NCBI RefSeq assembly: GCF_006345805.1
Contig: NC_043003.1
Location: 32,736,001 to 32,800,000, forward strand
Length of the DNA stretch: 64,000 bases
Direction: 5' to 3'
DNA from: Octopus sinensis
Taxonomy: Eukaryota
Shown: piece by piece, positions 12,383 to 25,875 of the stretch
Numbering within the stretch: position 1 is the first letter of the stretch
Layout of the letters: every line of letters starts with the position of its first letter
Position numbers and translations under genes: made by a program
Notes under the pieces: generated by a model
Databases searched by the model: none
What the model saw: only the letters and a program-made list of their open reading frames with translations
What the model was told of the DNA's origin: nothing

Positions 12383-13027
12383 ATTTCTGTTGTGTCTTAT
12401 AATGTAACACTCTCATGGTGAGTGAGTTACATTATAAGGCACAAAAAGAAAATGACTCTCCCCAGACATAACAGAATATGCTTCAACACACGAACTCACA
12501 TAAAGAATCTTGCAAACCAAATACCAAAAACGAAATGCATCTAAATAGTTTTCTATTTTATCTACATCTAATATGATTTATGGGAATAAAATTGTTCTCC
12601 TGTACTTCATATATACTTTTCTTTTAATAGACTCAGATGGATGTAAATTCAAGTTGATCTCTGTAGAATTTTAATTTAGAATGCAGAAAAATGTATTCAA
12701 ATACCACAGGCATTAGTATTTAATTAATGCTCTACTGATTCTTCCTATTCTCAGTGCCTGACTTGAACAGACTTTTGATTAAAGACATTCTAATCTTGAC
12801 CATCCTGTCTGTTTTGTTTTGATATTGTTTATCTTTGACTACATTATCTGATATATCCATCCAATTTTTTTTAAAGGATGTAGATGTGAAACATTGTGAG
12901 AGATTTGGCTGCTATTTCTAACACGCTGAGTGACCACATGTTCTCTCCCAATGCTTACAGTTAAAAGAACAGATATTTTTTTTAAATTGATAAAAACATG
13001 TATACATACTGACCCCCTACAGAATAA

Positions 13028-13152
13028 AGAGAGAGACAGAGGGAGGGAGAAAGAGAGAGACAGACAGACAGACAGAGAGACAAACAAACAGACAGACAGA
13101 CGGAGACAGACAGACTGGCAAACAGACAGAGGGAGAGAGACAGACAGACAGA

Positions 13153-13210
<58 letters not shown>

Positions 13211-13215
13211 AGAAA
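13028..13215. repeat. (GACA)n/(GA)n microsatellite
   Basis: Direct inspection. Confidence 0.95.
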
Positions 13216-13604
13216 GACTTGGCTGTTATTTCTGGTGTCTCATGGTACCATATAGATGCCCTCTCAAGAGATACAATAAAAGCAACAGATTTTTGGGAAA
13301 TATGACACCACAATTCACTTACAAACACAGAAAAGTGGCAATCAAATTAATATTTACAGAATTTATCCTGACATAGGAAATAACTACTTTTCTTTGAATG
13401 GTGTTTTGTTTTGTATGTTTACTGCTTTGTGCTTCAGCACCCTAGAAAATATTCATCTCATCTCAGTTTTCAAACTGAAAATTACAGAAAACTCTTGTAA
13501 ATAGAATTTGATGAGTGTATATACTTATCAATTTATAATGAATGTAGAGAAAATGAGTTTTATTTGTTCTTTATATTTTCTTAATTATTATCTTGATGGA
13601 GAGA

Positions 13605-13750
13605 AAATGGACACAAAACAACAGAACAGAACAGCAATGAAAGGTTTCTACAAAAGCAAGCTTACAAAAATAGGGTACAAAAAAGAATGCATACAATTTG
13701 GAAGACCTGATATGATTATAAAAAAAACCGAACAACCCAGTGTTAGATCA
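13605..13750 (+). mobile_element. N-terminal fragment of an R4/Dong-like ORF
   Basis: Frameshifted RKWTQ...MKGFYKSKLTKIGYKKRMHTIW...TEQ resembles the R4/Dong N-terminal motif (KWT..EN...M.CYY.S.....GYRKRM..IW....EQRL). Confidence 0.55.
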
Positions 13751-14111
13751 TAGATTTTGCAAACTTTCATTCCTGAATTTTTAAACTAATAAACATCTGT
13801 TTTAAGCAATGTTTTGACTGCTATTTCTAGCAACTCCTGTTGGTTTGCTCGTAGCTTTTAAATAGTTTATTTGCTCACAAATCTTTTTAAAGTTTTTAAC
13901 AGAAATAATTAAATTAATAATTCGGCTTTATATAAGTGTGATGAGTTGGTATGATCCTTATTGCATTGAACAAAATGCTTAGTGGTGTTCCTTCTGGCTC
14001 TTTATGTTCTGAGTTCAAATACTACAGAGTTCAACTTTGCCTTTCATTCAATATTTGAAACAATTAATAATAATAATAATAAGATAATAATAATAATTAT
14101 AATAATGATAA

Positions 14112-14430
14112 TTTTCTTTTTCTCTCTGTCACTCTTTTCAAGCCTAGCTAAGCTCATGGGCCCGGTTTCCCAGTTTCTGTGGCGTATGTGTTCCCCCCAG
14201 GTGGACGGGACACCAGTCCATCGCAGTGTTACTCAAGAAACAGGAAGAGAGAGTGAGAGAAAGTTGTGGCGAAAGAGTACAACAGGGGCTGCCACCAACC
14301 CCTGCCAGAGCCTCGTGGAGCTTTTAGGTGTTTTCGCTCAATAAACACACACAACACCTGGTCTGGGAATCGAAACAGCGATCCTCCAACCGCGAGTTCG
14401 CTGCCCTAACCACTGGGCCATTGCGCCTCC
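14112..14430 (-). mobile_element. tRNA-derived SINE (third family), inserted in (TAA)n
   Basis: Minus-strand head ggaggcgcaaTGGCCCAGTGGttagggcagcg...GTTTCGATTCCcagacc (A and B boxes), followed by ~250 bp of non-tRNA body. Confidence 0.8.
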
Positions 14431-14621
14431 AATAATGATAATAATAATAACTAGCAGGACCTGTAAATATTTCACAGAATTAATGATAAATCTATTGGGT
14501 TATTTCTAAAAACTTTATGCAAAAAACCTGAAAGTGTAGCCTGTGTTGTGTCTGTGTGGAAAGTTAGTCACTCATCTGCTTACTCATGGAAAAGTGAAAG
14601 AAATTGGAATATAATGATTAC

Positions 14622-14852
14622 TTAAACCCTTTTGTTACCATATTTTTGTTGAGTTGCTCTGTGTTTCTTTCAATTAATTTTAAATGTAACAAAGAATTTA
14701 GTAAAATAACCTAGTTATCATTAAGCTTGTGTTAGGAACATATATTGTGACTAAGATTTGGTGGAAGATTTTAATTCAGAACTTTTGTAAACAAGACATT
14801 TGTACTACAGAGCCAGAAGCAGTTTCAGCCAGGTAGATACCAAAAGGGTTAA
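14622..14852. mobile_element. piggyBac-type TTAA MITE copy
   Basis: ttaaacccttttgttacc...ccaaaagggttaa; body matches 452-682. Confidence 0.82.
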
Positions 14853-16496
14853 TGCACTTTATATATATTTATTTTATGTGCAATTTTATAGACTTAATAC
14901 ACAGCACTCATCATCATCATCGTTTAACGTCTGTTTTCCATGCTAGCATGGGTTGGACGGTTCAACCGGGGATCTGGGAAGCCAGAAGGCTGCACCAGGC
15001 TCCGGTCTTATCTGGCAATGTTTCTACAGCTGGATGCCCTTCCTAACGCCAACCATTCCGTGAGTGTAGTGGGTGCTTTTTATGTGCCACCTGCACTGGT
15101 GCCAGGCGAGGCTGGCATCGGCCACGGTCGGATTGGTGCATTTTACGTGCCACCTGCACGGAAGCCAGTCGAGGCGGCACTGGCTTCGGCCACGATTCGG
15201 ATGGTGCTTTTTACGTGCCACCGACACGGAAGCCAGTCGAGGCGGCGCTGGCATCGGCCTCACATAAAGTAAATATTCACTCTTATTCTTCCATTTTCCC
15301 CATAAACAAAACAAAAAAAATCCTGTACACATGATACAACTTTTAATTAAATGGCATATATCTGCCACATAAATAAGTGCGAATATTTCATGGAACTGCA
15401 CTTATGCACATGTGTTAAGTGAGAGGGTGATATAAAAAACTTAGTTCAATTTTTCTTTCTCCCTCTTTCTGTCTCACTCTTCACCTTATCCTCTTTGTTC
15501 TTTCTCCTCTCTTTCCTTTCAACTAATCATATGAAAGTATTACAATTACATTTCCTCCACATCATGTCATGGACGCTTCTCTCTCCCTCTTTTCTTTCTC
15601 CTCTTTTTCTCTAATCACGTGAAAGTGTTACTGACAGACTAAGTAACGGAATGACAAGCAGAATTTATTATAAGATAATAATAATAATCCTTTCTATTAT
15701 AGGCACATGGCCTGAAATTTGGCAGGAGAGGACTAGTCAATTACATCAACCCCAGTGTTTTACTGGTACTTAATTTATCGACCCCAAAAGGATGAAAGGC
15801 AGAATTTGAACTCAGATCGTAGCAGCAGATGAAATACCCCTAAACATTTTGCCTGCCATGCTAACGATTCAGCTAAACACAAGGTTAGTAACTGTGGTGG
15901 GAGTGGCTTAATCAATCGCATTGGTCCTAGTGCTTGACTGGCACTTATTTTATTGACCCCTGAAAGGATGAAAGGCAAAGTTGACTGTGTTGGGATTAAA
16001 GAGTGGAACAAATACAACTATGCTGTTTTTATAACACCCCAATGATTTTGCATATTTGAAGCTGCAAATTATGAGTAAAATGATTTGCAGTGGTCACCGG
16101 CCTTAAAAATATCAGTCTTACTTTCTATTGTATATCTTTGTTTAATTTTTCAATGCATTTGGATTCCAGAGTTATCTCTCTTTTCTTCATAAAAACTATC
16201 ATTAACACTAAAGATTATTTTCTTCGTTTTGTGTATAATTTTAATTTACAAAATGTTTGTGTGTGTTTACTCTAGCACCGAGTATGTAGATTCCTACTTT
16301 ACTAAAAAGTAAAAAAATATAGGCACACAGTACAGGTGTGGCTGTCCAGTAAGAAGTTTCCTTTCCAGTCATGTGGTCTAAGGTTCAGTCCCCCTGAGCG
16401 GCATCTTGACTAAGTGTCTTCTACTATAGCTCTGGGAGAACCAAAATCTTGTGAGTGGATTTGGTAGATGGAAACTGAAAGAACCCATTACTTATA

Positions 16497-16535
<39 letters not shown>

Positions 16536-16583
16536 TTGTGCACACACAGACACAATCAGCGTCATATTTTTCATTAATTTATT

Positions 16584-16981
16584 ATAGCAGTATCGCTCGG
16601 CATTGCTCGGGTTTGTAAAGGAAATAACTATATAAGCATTTTTAGAGATGTAAAGTATAACAGCCATCTCAATATGGCTAACCACAAAGGAAGGGGGTGT
16701 TACTGTAGCTTTTTACGTTCTGAGATTTAATAATAAATTTTTAGAGAGTTACTTCCCTTATATATGCCAAAAATGCATTAAAAATGGGAAAAATTGATGG
16801 TAAATTTTTTTTTAAATCGTAGACTCATCGTAGACGTGCGCTAATACCCAGAAGGGCTCGATATGAATCACAACTATAAGATACCTGGTTTTGGTTAAAC
16901 TGCACCGCAAAATGTGTGAGTAGTTAGGAATCTAAATCGTAGGAGACAGACAGCACACAACCTCACTTTTATATATAAAGA
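16584..16981 (-). mobile_element. Non-autonomous Helitron
   Basis: Minus strand starts A|TCTTTATATATAAAAG and ends with hairpin cccgagcaatgccgag and CTAT (CTAG in the sister copy at 30229). Confidence 0.8.
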
Positions 16982-17059
16982 TTTATCGGAACGCTAAAAT
17001 GTTTGTAGGGTTGCGACTATAGCAGACTGATATATACTGATAAACTGACACATCAGTCT

Positions 17060-17535
17060 TATCTATCTATCTATCCGCTTAGTCGAAGTCAACTCTCGGT
17101 TACTCCTCCAGTCAGTTCTATCCTGGGCCGCTTCCTTCAGATTGGCTATGTCCATTCCAGTATCACTCTTGATGGTGTCAAGCCAGCAGGTTCTTGGTCA
17201 ACCTCTTCCTCTCTTGCCACAGACCATTCCGAGCATGATGTCCTTCTCCAGGGACTTTCTTTGCATAATATGACCGAAATATGCCAATCTATGCTTGGTG
17301 ATCCTAGCTTCTAGCGACATTTTCGGCCTGATCTGCTTAAGAACTTCTCCATTGGTGAGCCTCGCTGTCCATGGAATCCGCAAAAGTCTTCTCCAACACC
17401 AAAGCTTGAATGCATTAATTCTCTTCTGGTCAGCTTTCTTTAGTGTCCAGGTTTCACATCCATATGTTGCTATTGGGAAGACAATTGCATTTACCAATCT
17501 GCATTTGGTAGCGAGTCTGATGTCTCACCAAGTTT
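17060..17535 (-). mobile_element. RTE/BovB-like LINE 3' fragment with (GATA)n tail
   Basis: VFPIATYGCETWTLKKADQKRINAFKLWCWRRLLRIPWTAR...LAYFGHIMQRKSLEKDIMLGMVCGKRGRG*PRTCWLD. Confidence 0.9.
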
Positions 17536-17599
17536 TATTAATATAGATGAGAAATTGAGTTTTCACTGACTTTTATGCAAACTGTCAAATTTAGCCCAA

Positions 17600-20500
17600 A
17601 CACCATGTACATGTATTAACGCATGCATACATACACGTGTGCGCGACTGTAAATGTTTACCAGTGTGACGAGTTTTGTCCCTTTATCTCAAGGTTGTGAC
17701 CTAGCGGTCACTTAGAGATGTTAAAATAAATAAAAAAAAAAAGCACCTTAAAAGAAATATCCCCAGTCTCCCAGCACGGCGGTATTCCAATGGCTGAAAC
17801 TAGTAAAATAAGACCGAAAAGAAAATGATTGCGAAATCTGAATGAAAAGATTACATTTATGAGAGAGAGAGAGAGAGGGGCAAGGGAGATAGAGAGTGTG
17901 AGTATATACACATACATAGACACGCACATAGAAGCTAGTAAAGAGAAGACAACTACAAATTCCAGGTCGGTTATGTCAACACGATTAAGTAATCACTATT
18001 TGATGACGTTTAATATAAAACATAAAATGATGATGTAGTAGGACTTCCGGATCGCTTGGCTGTCAAATATGTAAGTCAACATCTGTAAATAATTCGATTT
18101 TTCTTGGTGAATGATATCGTCGATGCGAACTGCTTTTAAGATCGATGTTTTAGTATATTATGCAAAAGTTTCTTTTATGTATTCTGCTATGACAGCTAGA
18201 GTTTATCGTTTAACAGCATATGTTTTGAAGTCGCCGTAACTGTGCTGTCCTTTTAAGGTACTTAACGGCCTCACCTAAGATAAAAATCAAACCAATATAT
18301 AGCATTTTTAATGCTTGTTTTATTCTTTAACCTAATTTTTCTAACTAGCAATTATTATTCAAGTCAATATACTTGACTAGTGTGCATTGGGTATCGTAAT
18401 TGATTTACTAATTAAAGAAAACCATAGCGATATATTTTGTTACTCGAGAAAGGTGTCATCTATCGTTTCTTTCTATCGAATTATTTCTCTCTACTTGGTG
18501 ATTTTTTAACATTGTAAAGGCTTCACATTTTGGAAGAAAGTACAGTTCATTTCACTGACTGTACTACTCAGTGAAGGCTGTGTGTTTACTCGACTTGGTT
18601 GAAAAAAAAAAAAATAAAACAAAAACAGCCAGATCTCACTCGTTGCTTCAGATTGTTTTAAGAGATACTTTGGGTAGAAAAAACGTAAGTGCCGGCGAAC
18701 GGTCACGACAGAAATTCTTCTGTTCATAGGTCTGCTTGATCAACAACGGTGTAGGGCTGTAATGTGAATTATATGTGGCAATATATGAAATAAATAAATA
18801 AATAAAAGATTAAAGTTGAAATGTTAAGAAAATATATACTCGTATGTTTTGCGTAATAGCAGTAATAATAATTACTGTTGTATGAAACAGGAATATTAAC
18901 AAATGAAACGCTTGGTGGGGGCTATCCTTTTGCTTACTCTATGAGGAGTGGGACATCTAACCCGAAATTTCACTCTTTATGGAAAAGCAAATATCGACGT
19001 CTCCGCCATCTCTCCTTTTCATAAATGTAATTCAATGACGGCTATTTACGACGACGCCCTAATTCTTCAGGAATCTTAGCCACTCGAGTCGCACCAACAA
19101 TAAAGCTCGTTTTTAGCAAGTTGGCTTTGAACGAAGAAGTTTATTATCAAATGCATTCCAGCCGTGACGCTCTAGTCTTGTTTAATATTTTCCCTTTTCA
19201 AACTCAATGGAGTGTGACTTAAGTCACACTGGCTGTTAGTTTTACTAAATTGTACTATTATTTTAAGGTTCCCATGGAAATGCTTTTAACATTACTTCAT
19301 GCGTCATGTTACCTCATTTACCAGCGTATAAAATGCTTCTTATTTTCTTTTATCATATAAAAATTTGCCCTGCGTCTGATGCGCCCGTATTACGGATGGG
19401 TGATCGAATGCTGTAGCGAGTCGCTGGGTACAGTAATTGTTGTTAATAACAAAATAGTGAAAAGAGGCCAAATTATTACAGTGTTAGCAGACACATACGA
19501 AAAATTTGCTTACGGTAGGTATATCGGCATTTATGCGGAAAGGTCACATCATCTCATGACGTCTCCTCCTGTATACATAACTCACACCTGATATGTCTTA
19601 TCTTATTTAATGACTGCATTGCCTAGAAGAAACATCTTTTAATTATCTAAGTGAAAATTCTCTTAGACGAAAGCAATGTTAAACTTATACCTACCCATTT
19701 GCTATGGATGACAACAAAGCCATAATAATAGTGGTGCACAACACTTGCGGCCGATTGCGGTAACACAAAATATAGCCGTAAGAAGGAGTTTTACATCTTG
19801 GCTAAAATATAGACAACTGGACAGCTGATATGAAAGAAGATAGAATTGAAACACGGTACACGTGTAACGTAGTTTATTTATGATAAATTTTTAGTTTCAT
19901 ACTTTATTCCAGTATACTGTCTTGACATTTTACTTACGTGTGCAAAATCTTACATTTCGCCTGCAAAACCCACTTTAAAATATCTTTCAATAAACCGCAT
20001 GGTGAAACGTTCTAAATTTGTTAGTTTTCCACAAAATATACTTGCTAAATAATGGTGCATCTTATGTGCCAATCGCACTTTCGCGCAAAATGCGCATACA
20101 CAATACCTAATTTGTATCTATTTAGTTGAATTTTGGCGACATGGGATTTTGATTTCAAATCATGCATTTGGACAAAACACATAAAACCGTATAACAATTT
20201 TAAAAAATCACACGCACTGTTATATTCACTTTCATTTTGTAATAATATACAGTAGATTGGCAGAATTGTTAGATCGCGTGGAAAAAAAAACTTACATTGT
20301 GGATGAAAGGTAATGTTGATATCGGTGGATATTGAATTCGAATCAACCAATATCAACTTTTCCTTTCATCCTTTCAGCGTCGATTAAATAAGGTACCAGT
20401 AAAGGACAGTACTGGAATCTATAAAATGGACTGCTTCTCATCTGCCAAATTTCCTGGCCTTGTGCCCTATGTTAAGAACAGTTATTTCTTTTAAAGAATT

Positions 20501-22487
20501 TCTCAAATGACGCATGCCAACTAACATGTTTTATTTCACTGTGTTTGTTTACACTCATCGGTACCTCAATTAGTTATTTTAAAAAACTTGCTTTGCGCAC
20601 CGACAATTTAGTCATAAATACTATTTCTCTGTATTTATTTTATTGTATTTGATTAAGAGGTGGTAGTCTTGAAACGTTTTACTTAAGTTGTTAATAACAC
20701 ATCCAACTGATTGACTAGGAAATATATCTATCTATCTATCTATCTATCATTATATTTACGAATGTAAATTTTAAAGAAGTATGCATTATTTTTTATGTTT
20801 AGAAAGCTTGAGACATATACGTATACTAAGCTGTACGTGTGTCAGTAGTAGTTGTAATCGTTATTTAATCTACTCCTTCCTTTAAGCAGACATATGATCA
20901 AACAACTTCCACCCCTTCACATCATACCTTTTTTTTTTTTTTTCCAGGCACAGTATATACAAACTTAATCTAATGAGTCTTTACTTTTCGTAAGACAGTC
21001 GAATGTGATTTAAAGAAGATTTGGCTACCATTTCTTGCAATTCGTTAGTGTAAGCGACATTAGTGGGATAGGTCTATAGTAAATATTTATATATAGAGAT
21101 GAGACAGCGAGAATTGAGGTTCCGTTGAGTGTAAACAAACACAGTGAAATAAAACATGTTAGTTGGCATGCGTCACTTGAGAAATTCTTGATGACACCTT
21201 TTTCTTTTATACTTAGCACCTTAAAAGTTTTCTTTTAATTGTCACTTCTATGTTCCTGTAAATTGGAGAGATTTGTCTAAAAATTTTCTACCTAGTTTTA
21301 TTTTGAACTTGCTTTTGCTACCTGGTAACTTATATAGACAAACTAATGTGTGTACTTGAATAGAGAAGGGGGATCTAATCATCACTCTTAAATCATATTA
21401 CTAATTAGCAACGAAAAATGTTTAGCATAAGTATTAATATAAAAACTATACAATAAAACTCTTGTCCATTCAGTTAACTTCCTTACGGTAAAAGTTTAGA
21501 ATGAAGTTGGCAAAAGGCACTTCTTATGGGGAAATTTATAGTGCCTTGTTCAAAATACAGTGCGCATCTAATATGCCGCTTTGTTAAGATGAGTAGGATA
21601 TAAGGGAGATTTGGTTGTTATTTCTAGCTGGTTGAGCGACTACATAAAGGGTCCTTGATGGTTCCTTGACTGTGTGTGTGTTTGTATTTCTTTAATTTTT
21701 TTTAAAAGTCCAAATATAAGGATCATACATCGATTGATTATAAATATTACTGCATATTTTGCTGAAATAAAGTACCATCTTCACTTTCCGCAAACTTTAG
21801 CTTTACTTTTAGTTTCGCGAATGAATGAAATCAATATTAATAATGCTCTAACAGTGATAATTTTAAACTAACAACTTTTTTTTTTATTAAGTTGTCATAT
21901 CCGAAACACCATTTTTGAATTTCTTATTAGCCTTTTAAAGGAAAACTGCATTGTGAATAATATTTGGTGTTTCTTCAAAAATCGTGCTGTCAGTGTCCGT
22001 ACGTGTCATCACTGGAAATATGGTAAAGTGGATAGTATGAATAGGGCTTGTTACTTTTCCCTGTTGGTAAAGTTCCGAGGACAATCCCTCCTCCGGCCCG
22101 GCAATTCTTGACCGAAACGATTGGGGCCAGCTAATATTACTGACATCGAGAGAAACTGAGAGCTGAAAGTCGCGGGGTAGAAACGCCATCAAAAGTGAAA
22201 GCTAAATAAAATTACTACTAACTGCGTCAACCTCAAAACAGAAATGTTCTTATCGTTACAAATCCTCTAAGTAAGTGAAATTGTACGTTATAATCCAAGA
22301 TCACCCATGTTTTTTCATATGAAAGTTGGAGGTAAAAGAAAATCTTTTTACATCATTTGGATGCGTCAAAGATATTCTGCATCACTAACTTAAAAAAAAA
22401 ATGAAGTGTTGTCTAATTTACTCACTATTCACTAATCTCTTTTTTTTTCTTTTAATGTCGATATTTTTTTCTACGTTATTTTTGTAG
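17600..22487. promoter_or_regulatory. CpG-retaining promoter / 5'UTR zone of SLC35B3
   Basis: Visibly more CpG than flanking DNA and few repeats. ETS-like ACTTCCGG at ~18043, TGACGT at ~18004. Candidate + strand donors GTAAGT at 18071, 18685 and 22271 lie upstream of the acceptor ending at 22487. Confidence 0.55.
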
Positions 22488-22512
22488 GTTTCCGTACATT
22501 TAATTCCTAAAA

Positions 22513-22965
22513 ATGTCGCGTTACCGTGAGCATAGCACTAGTAACACCTCCCGCGAGAGCGGCGGCGCTCACTTTCACCTACCACCGCATTTTTCACCGC
22601 AACCACCACTACTACCACAACCATCACCGACGCAGCCGTCGCTTAACGTAGGCACTGAAGGCAATAACAATCCTTATTCTTCGTTTACTGCTCACCGCTC
22701 CGGTTTTTCTAACACATCCAGCTCCCTTCCCCACCGTGACCTCACCAACACAATCGACTTGGAATCTTACCTTCATTATCATGCTAACTCGCAGGCGAAA
22801 CACAACACCATGGGAATCGATGACAGTACGCCGAACCAAGAGGATGAACAACAACAGACTGTGAAAATACTGTGTTTTGATTTAAGCACTTTGTCGCGTA
22901 CACTCCAGTTTCTTATATGCAGCGGTTCCGTTTTTTTCTTTTATATTATCTATGGTTATATAATG
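22513..22965 (+). CDS. SLC35B3: SLC35B3 coding exon 1 (151 codons; low-complexity N-terminus + TM1)
   Basis: aaaaATG at 22513; upstream acceptor tttgtag ends at 22487 (exon starts 22488). Ends ...FFFYIIYGYIM|gtaagt, phase 0. Confidence 0.9.
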
Positions 22966-25830
22966 GTAAGTTGACGTTTATTTCGTTTTCTCTTCTCTTT
23001 TTCTTTTTTTTTTCCACACGCAGTCAGACAGCAGTACATCAGATAACAAAACATAACAGATATTAAACAAGCAGGCGCATGCACATATCCATCCACACAC
23101 GCACTTTATCAAAATTTACCTATAAATTGTAAATATACAGGCGCAGGCGTGGCTGTGTGGTAAGGAGGGTGCTTCTCAACCACAGGGTTCCGGGTTCAGT
23201 CCCACTGCGTGGCACCTTGTGCAAGTGTCTTCTACTATAGTCTCGGGCCCACGAAAGCCTTGTGAGTGGATTTGGTTGACGGAAACCACAAGAAGCTTAT
23301 CGTGTGTGTGTGTACATACATGTATGTATTAGTGTGTCTGTCTGTTTGCCATCGCTTGACAACCGATGTTGGTGTATGAATGTCTCTGTAACTGAGCGGT
23401 TCGGCAAAAGAGACTGATAGAATAAGTACTGGGTTCACAAAAAATTAAGTCCTGGGGTCGATTTCTTCAACTAAAACCTAAGGCGGTGCTCCAGCATAGC
23501 CTCAATCAAACACACATGTACTTGCAGCTCACACAAAGGAGCTTTTACGTGGTCATTTGATATGCTAGAAATAACAGTCTAATCTCCTGTAAATCATATC
23601 CTGTTGTCTTAAAAAGGAAATAATACAATAGATAATATAGTCGTGTTGTAGAAAACCCTGAAGAGACAAGAATGTCAGGACTGAAATCATAGGTCTGCTT
23701 GATCAGGGTTCATTGAATAGGGGGCTAAACAATAACAGGTCTAACATACACTCATACTGTTGATGAACTACTTATTAACATGTAAATATACATATGTAAA
23801 AATATAAAATTATGGCCACCACAGACGAAAAACACAAAGCCCTTACATGTAGGCATACAACACTGCATATATACACTTGCACTCACATATACATATAGCA
23901 AAGCACACATGCCTAACACACACATATAGGTGACTAACACATATACACATGCCTAACACATACATATGCACATATACATGCCAACATGCACACACACACG
24001 CACATATATATACATGCCACACACACACATGCCTATATTCAGAGTTGTCCTAGCAGACTCCTTGGCAAAGCAGTGTACTAGGGCCTCTACATACACAATA
24101 GGATATATAGATTAAAATTGGGCTCCTTAGATCTGTGGAAAGCCCCATGCAACTGCCCAGTGTGTCCATACCTTTAGACAGCACTGCCTATACTACAAAA
24201 ACAGCTGTTACTCAGAAAAATGCATGGCAAGGTAGCCTGCAGATTGCTTTAGGTGCCATGTAGTTATCAGCAGACATAAATATCCACCCTTGTCACTATA
24301 GAACTTTGAGAGAATAATAATTGGAGAGAGAGACAGTTGCACCAACTCTCAGATGGTACTCATTACAGTAGTCATTATCATTTAATATCTGTTTTCCATG
24401 CTGGCATGGGTTGGGCGATTTGATATGAGCTGGCCAGCTAGTAAAACTGTCATAGTCCCATGTCTGTTTTGGCATGGTTTCTATGGCTGGATGCCCTTTC
24501 TAATGCCAACTACTTTACAAAATATACTGGATCTTTTACACAGCACCAGCATGGGCGCTTCTATGTGATATTAACACAAGTGCTTTTTATGTGGCACTGG
24601 CAACTACAAGCACACAAGATCTGGAATGCTCAGTTGAAGAGGGATGCAAGGGACATGCCTGTATGCAAGGACAACCCTGATTTTGCTTAGATTGAGATGT
24701 CTTCTCAAGCACAGCAAACGACCAGAAATCTCAGTTGTGTAGGCAAGAAGTATCTTGCTCAAGGACACAAGGCATTGCCTAATCCAAGAATGAAATGCAC
24801 AACCTTATGCACCTAACATCTGACCACTAGGTTCCACACCTTACATGCTTATGCTATTTATAGATAGCTATTATATATGCCTTAACAAACACACATATGC
24901 AAACTTGCACCATACTCTTTTAACTCTTTTACTGGTTTCAGTCATTTAACTGTGGCCATGCTGGAGCACCACCTTTAGTCGTGCAAATCAACCCCAGGAC
25001 TTATTCTTTGTAAGCCTAGTACTTATTCTATCGGTCTCTTTTGCTGAACCCCTAAGTTATGGGGACATAAACACACCATCATCAGTTGTCAAGCGATGTT
25101 GGGCGGGGACAAACACAAACACACAAACATATACACACACACACACATATATATATACATATATACGACGGGCTTCTTTCAGTTTCCGTCTACCAAATCC
25201 ACTCACAAAGCTTTGGTCGGCCCGAGGCTATAGTAGAAGACACTTGCCCAAGGTGCCACGCAGTGGGACTGAACCCGGAACCATGTGGTTGGTAAGCAAG
25301 CTACTTACCACACAGCCACTCCTCTGCCTATTAGGTATTTTAATATTATATCATATGTATAGCACATCCACAAACCATATAACTACTTGATTCTAGCAAC
25401 TCATATATAAGCTATCACCACCGTTTATGACTAACACAGACAAACTTCATTACTATATGTTCAAGAAGCTTGCTTCCCAACCTCATGGTTCCAGGTTCAG
25501 TCCCACTGCATGTCATCTTGGGCAAGTGTTTTCTACTATATCCTCAGTCTGACCAAACCTTAGTGAGTGGATTTGGTAGATGGAAATTGAAGGAAGTCCG
25601 TCATATATATTTATACATACATATATATGTATGTATGTATGTTTGTGCGTTCGTGTTTGTCCTCCACTCACCATCGCTTGACAAACGATGTTGGTGTGTT
25701 TACGTCCCTGTAACTTAGCGGTTTGGCAAAAGAGCCCAATAGAATAAGTTCTGGGGTCAATTTGTTCAACTAAAGGTGGTGTTTCAGCTTGGCTGCAGTC
25801 AAATGACTGAAACAAGTAGATAAATATCTA

Positions 25831-25875
<45 letters not shown>

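Noticed and set aside
12930-13376. 148-aa ORF with an RE repeat
   Set aside because: (GACA)n/(GA)n microsatellite translation.
14355-14430. tRNA gene on the minus strand
   Set aside because: A/B boxes are present but there is no proper acceptor stem, and it continues into a SINE body.
22624-22854. Antisense 76-aa ORF
   Set aside because: Shadow of SLC35B3 exon 1.
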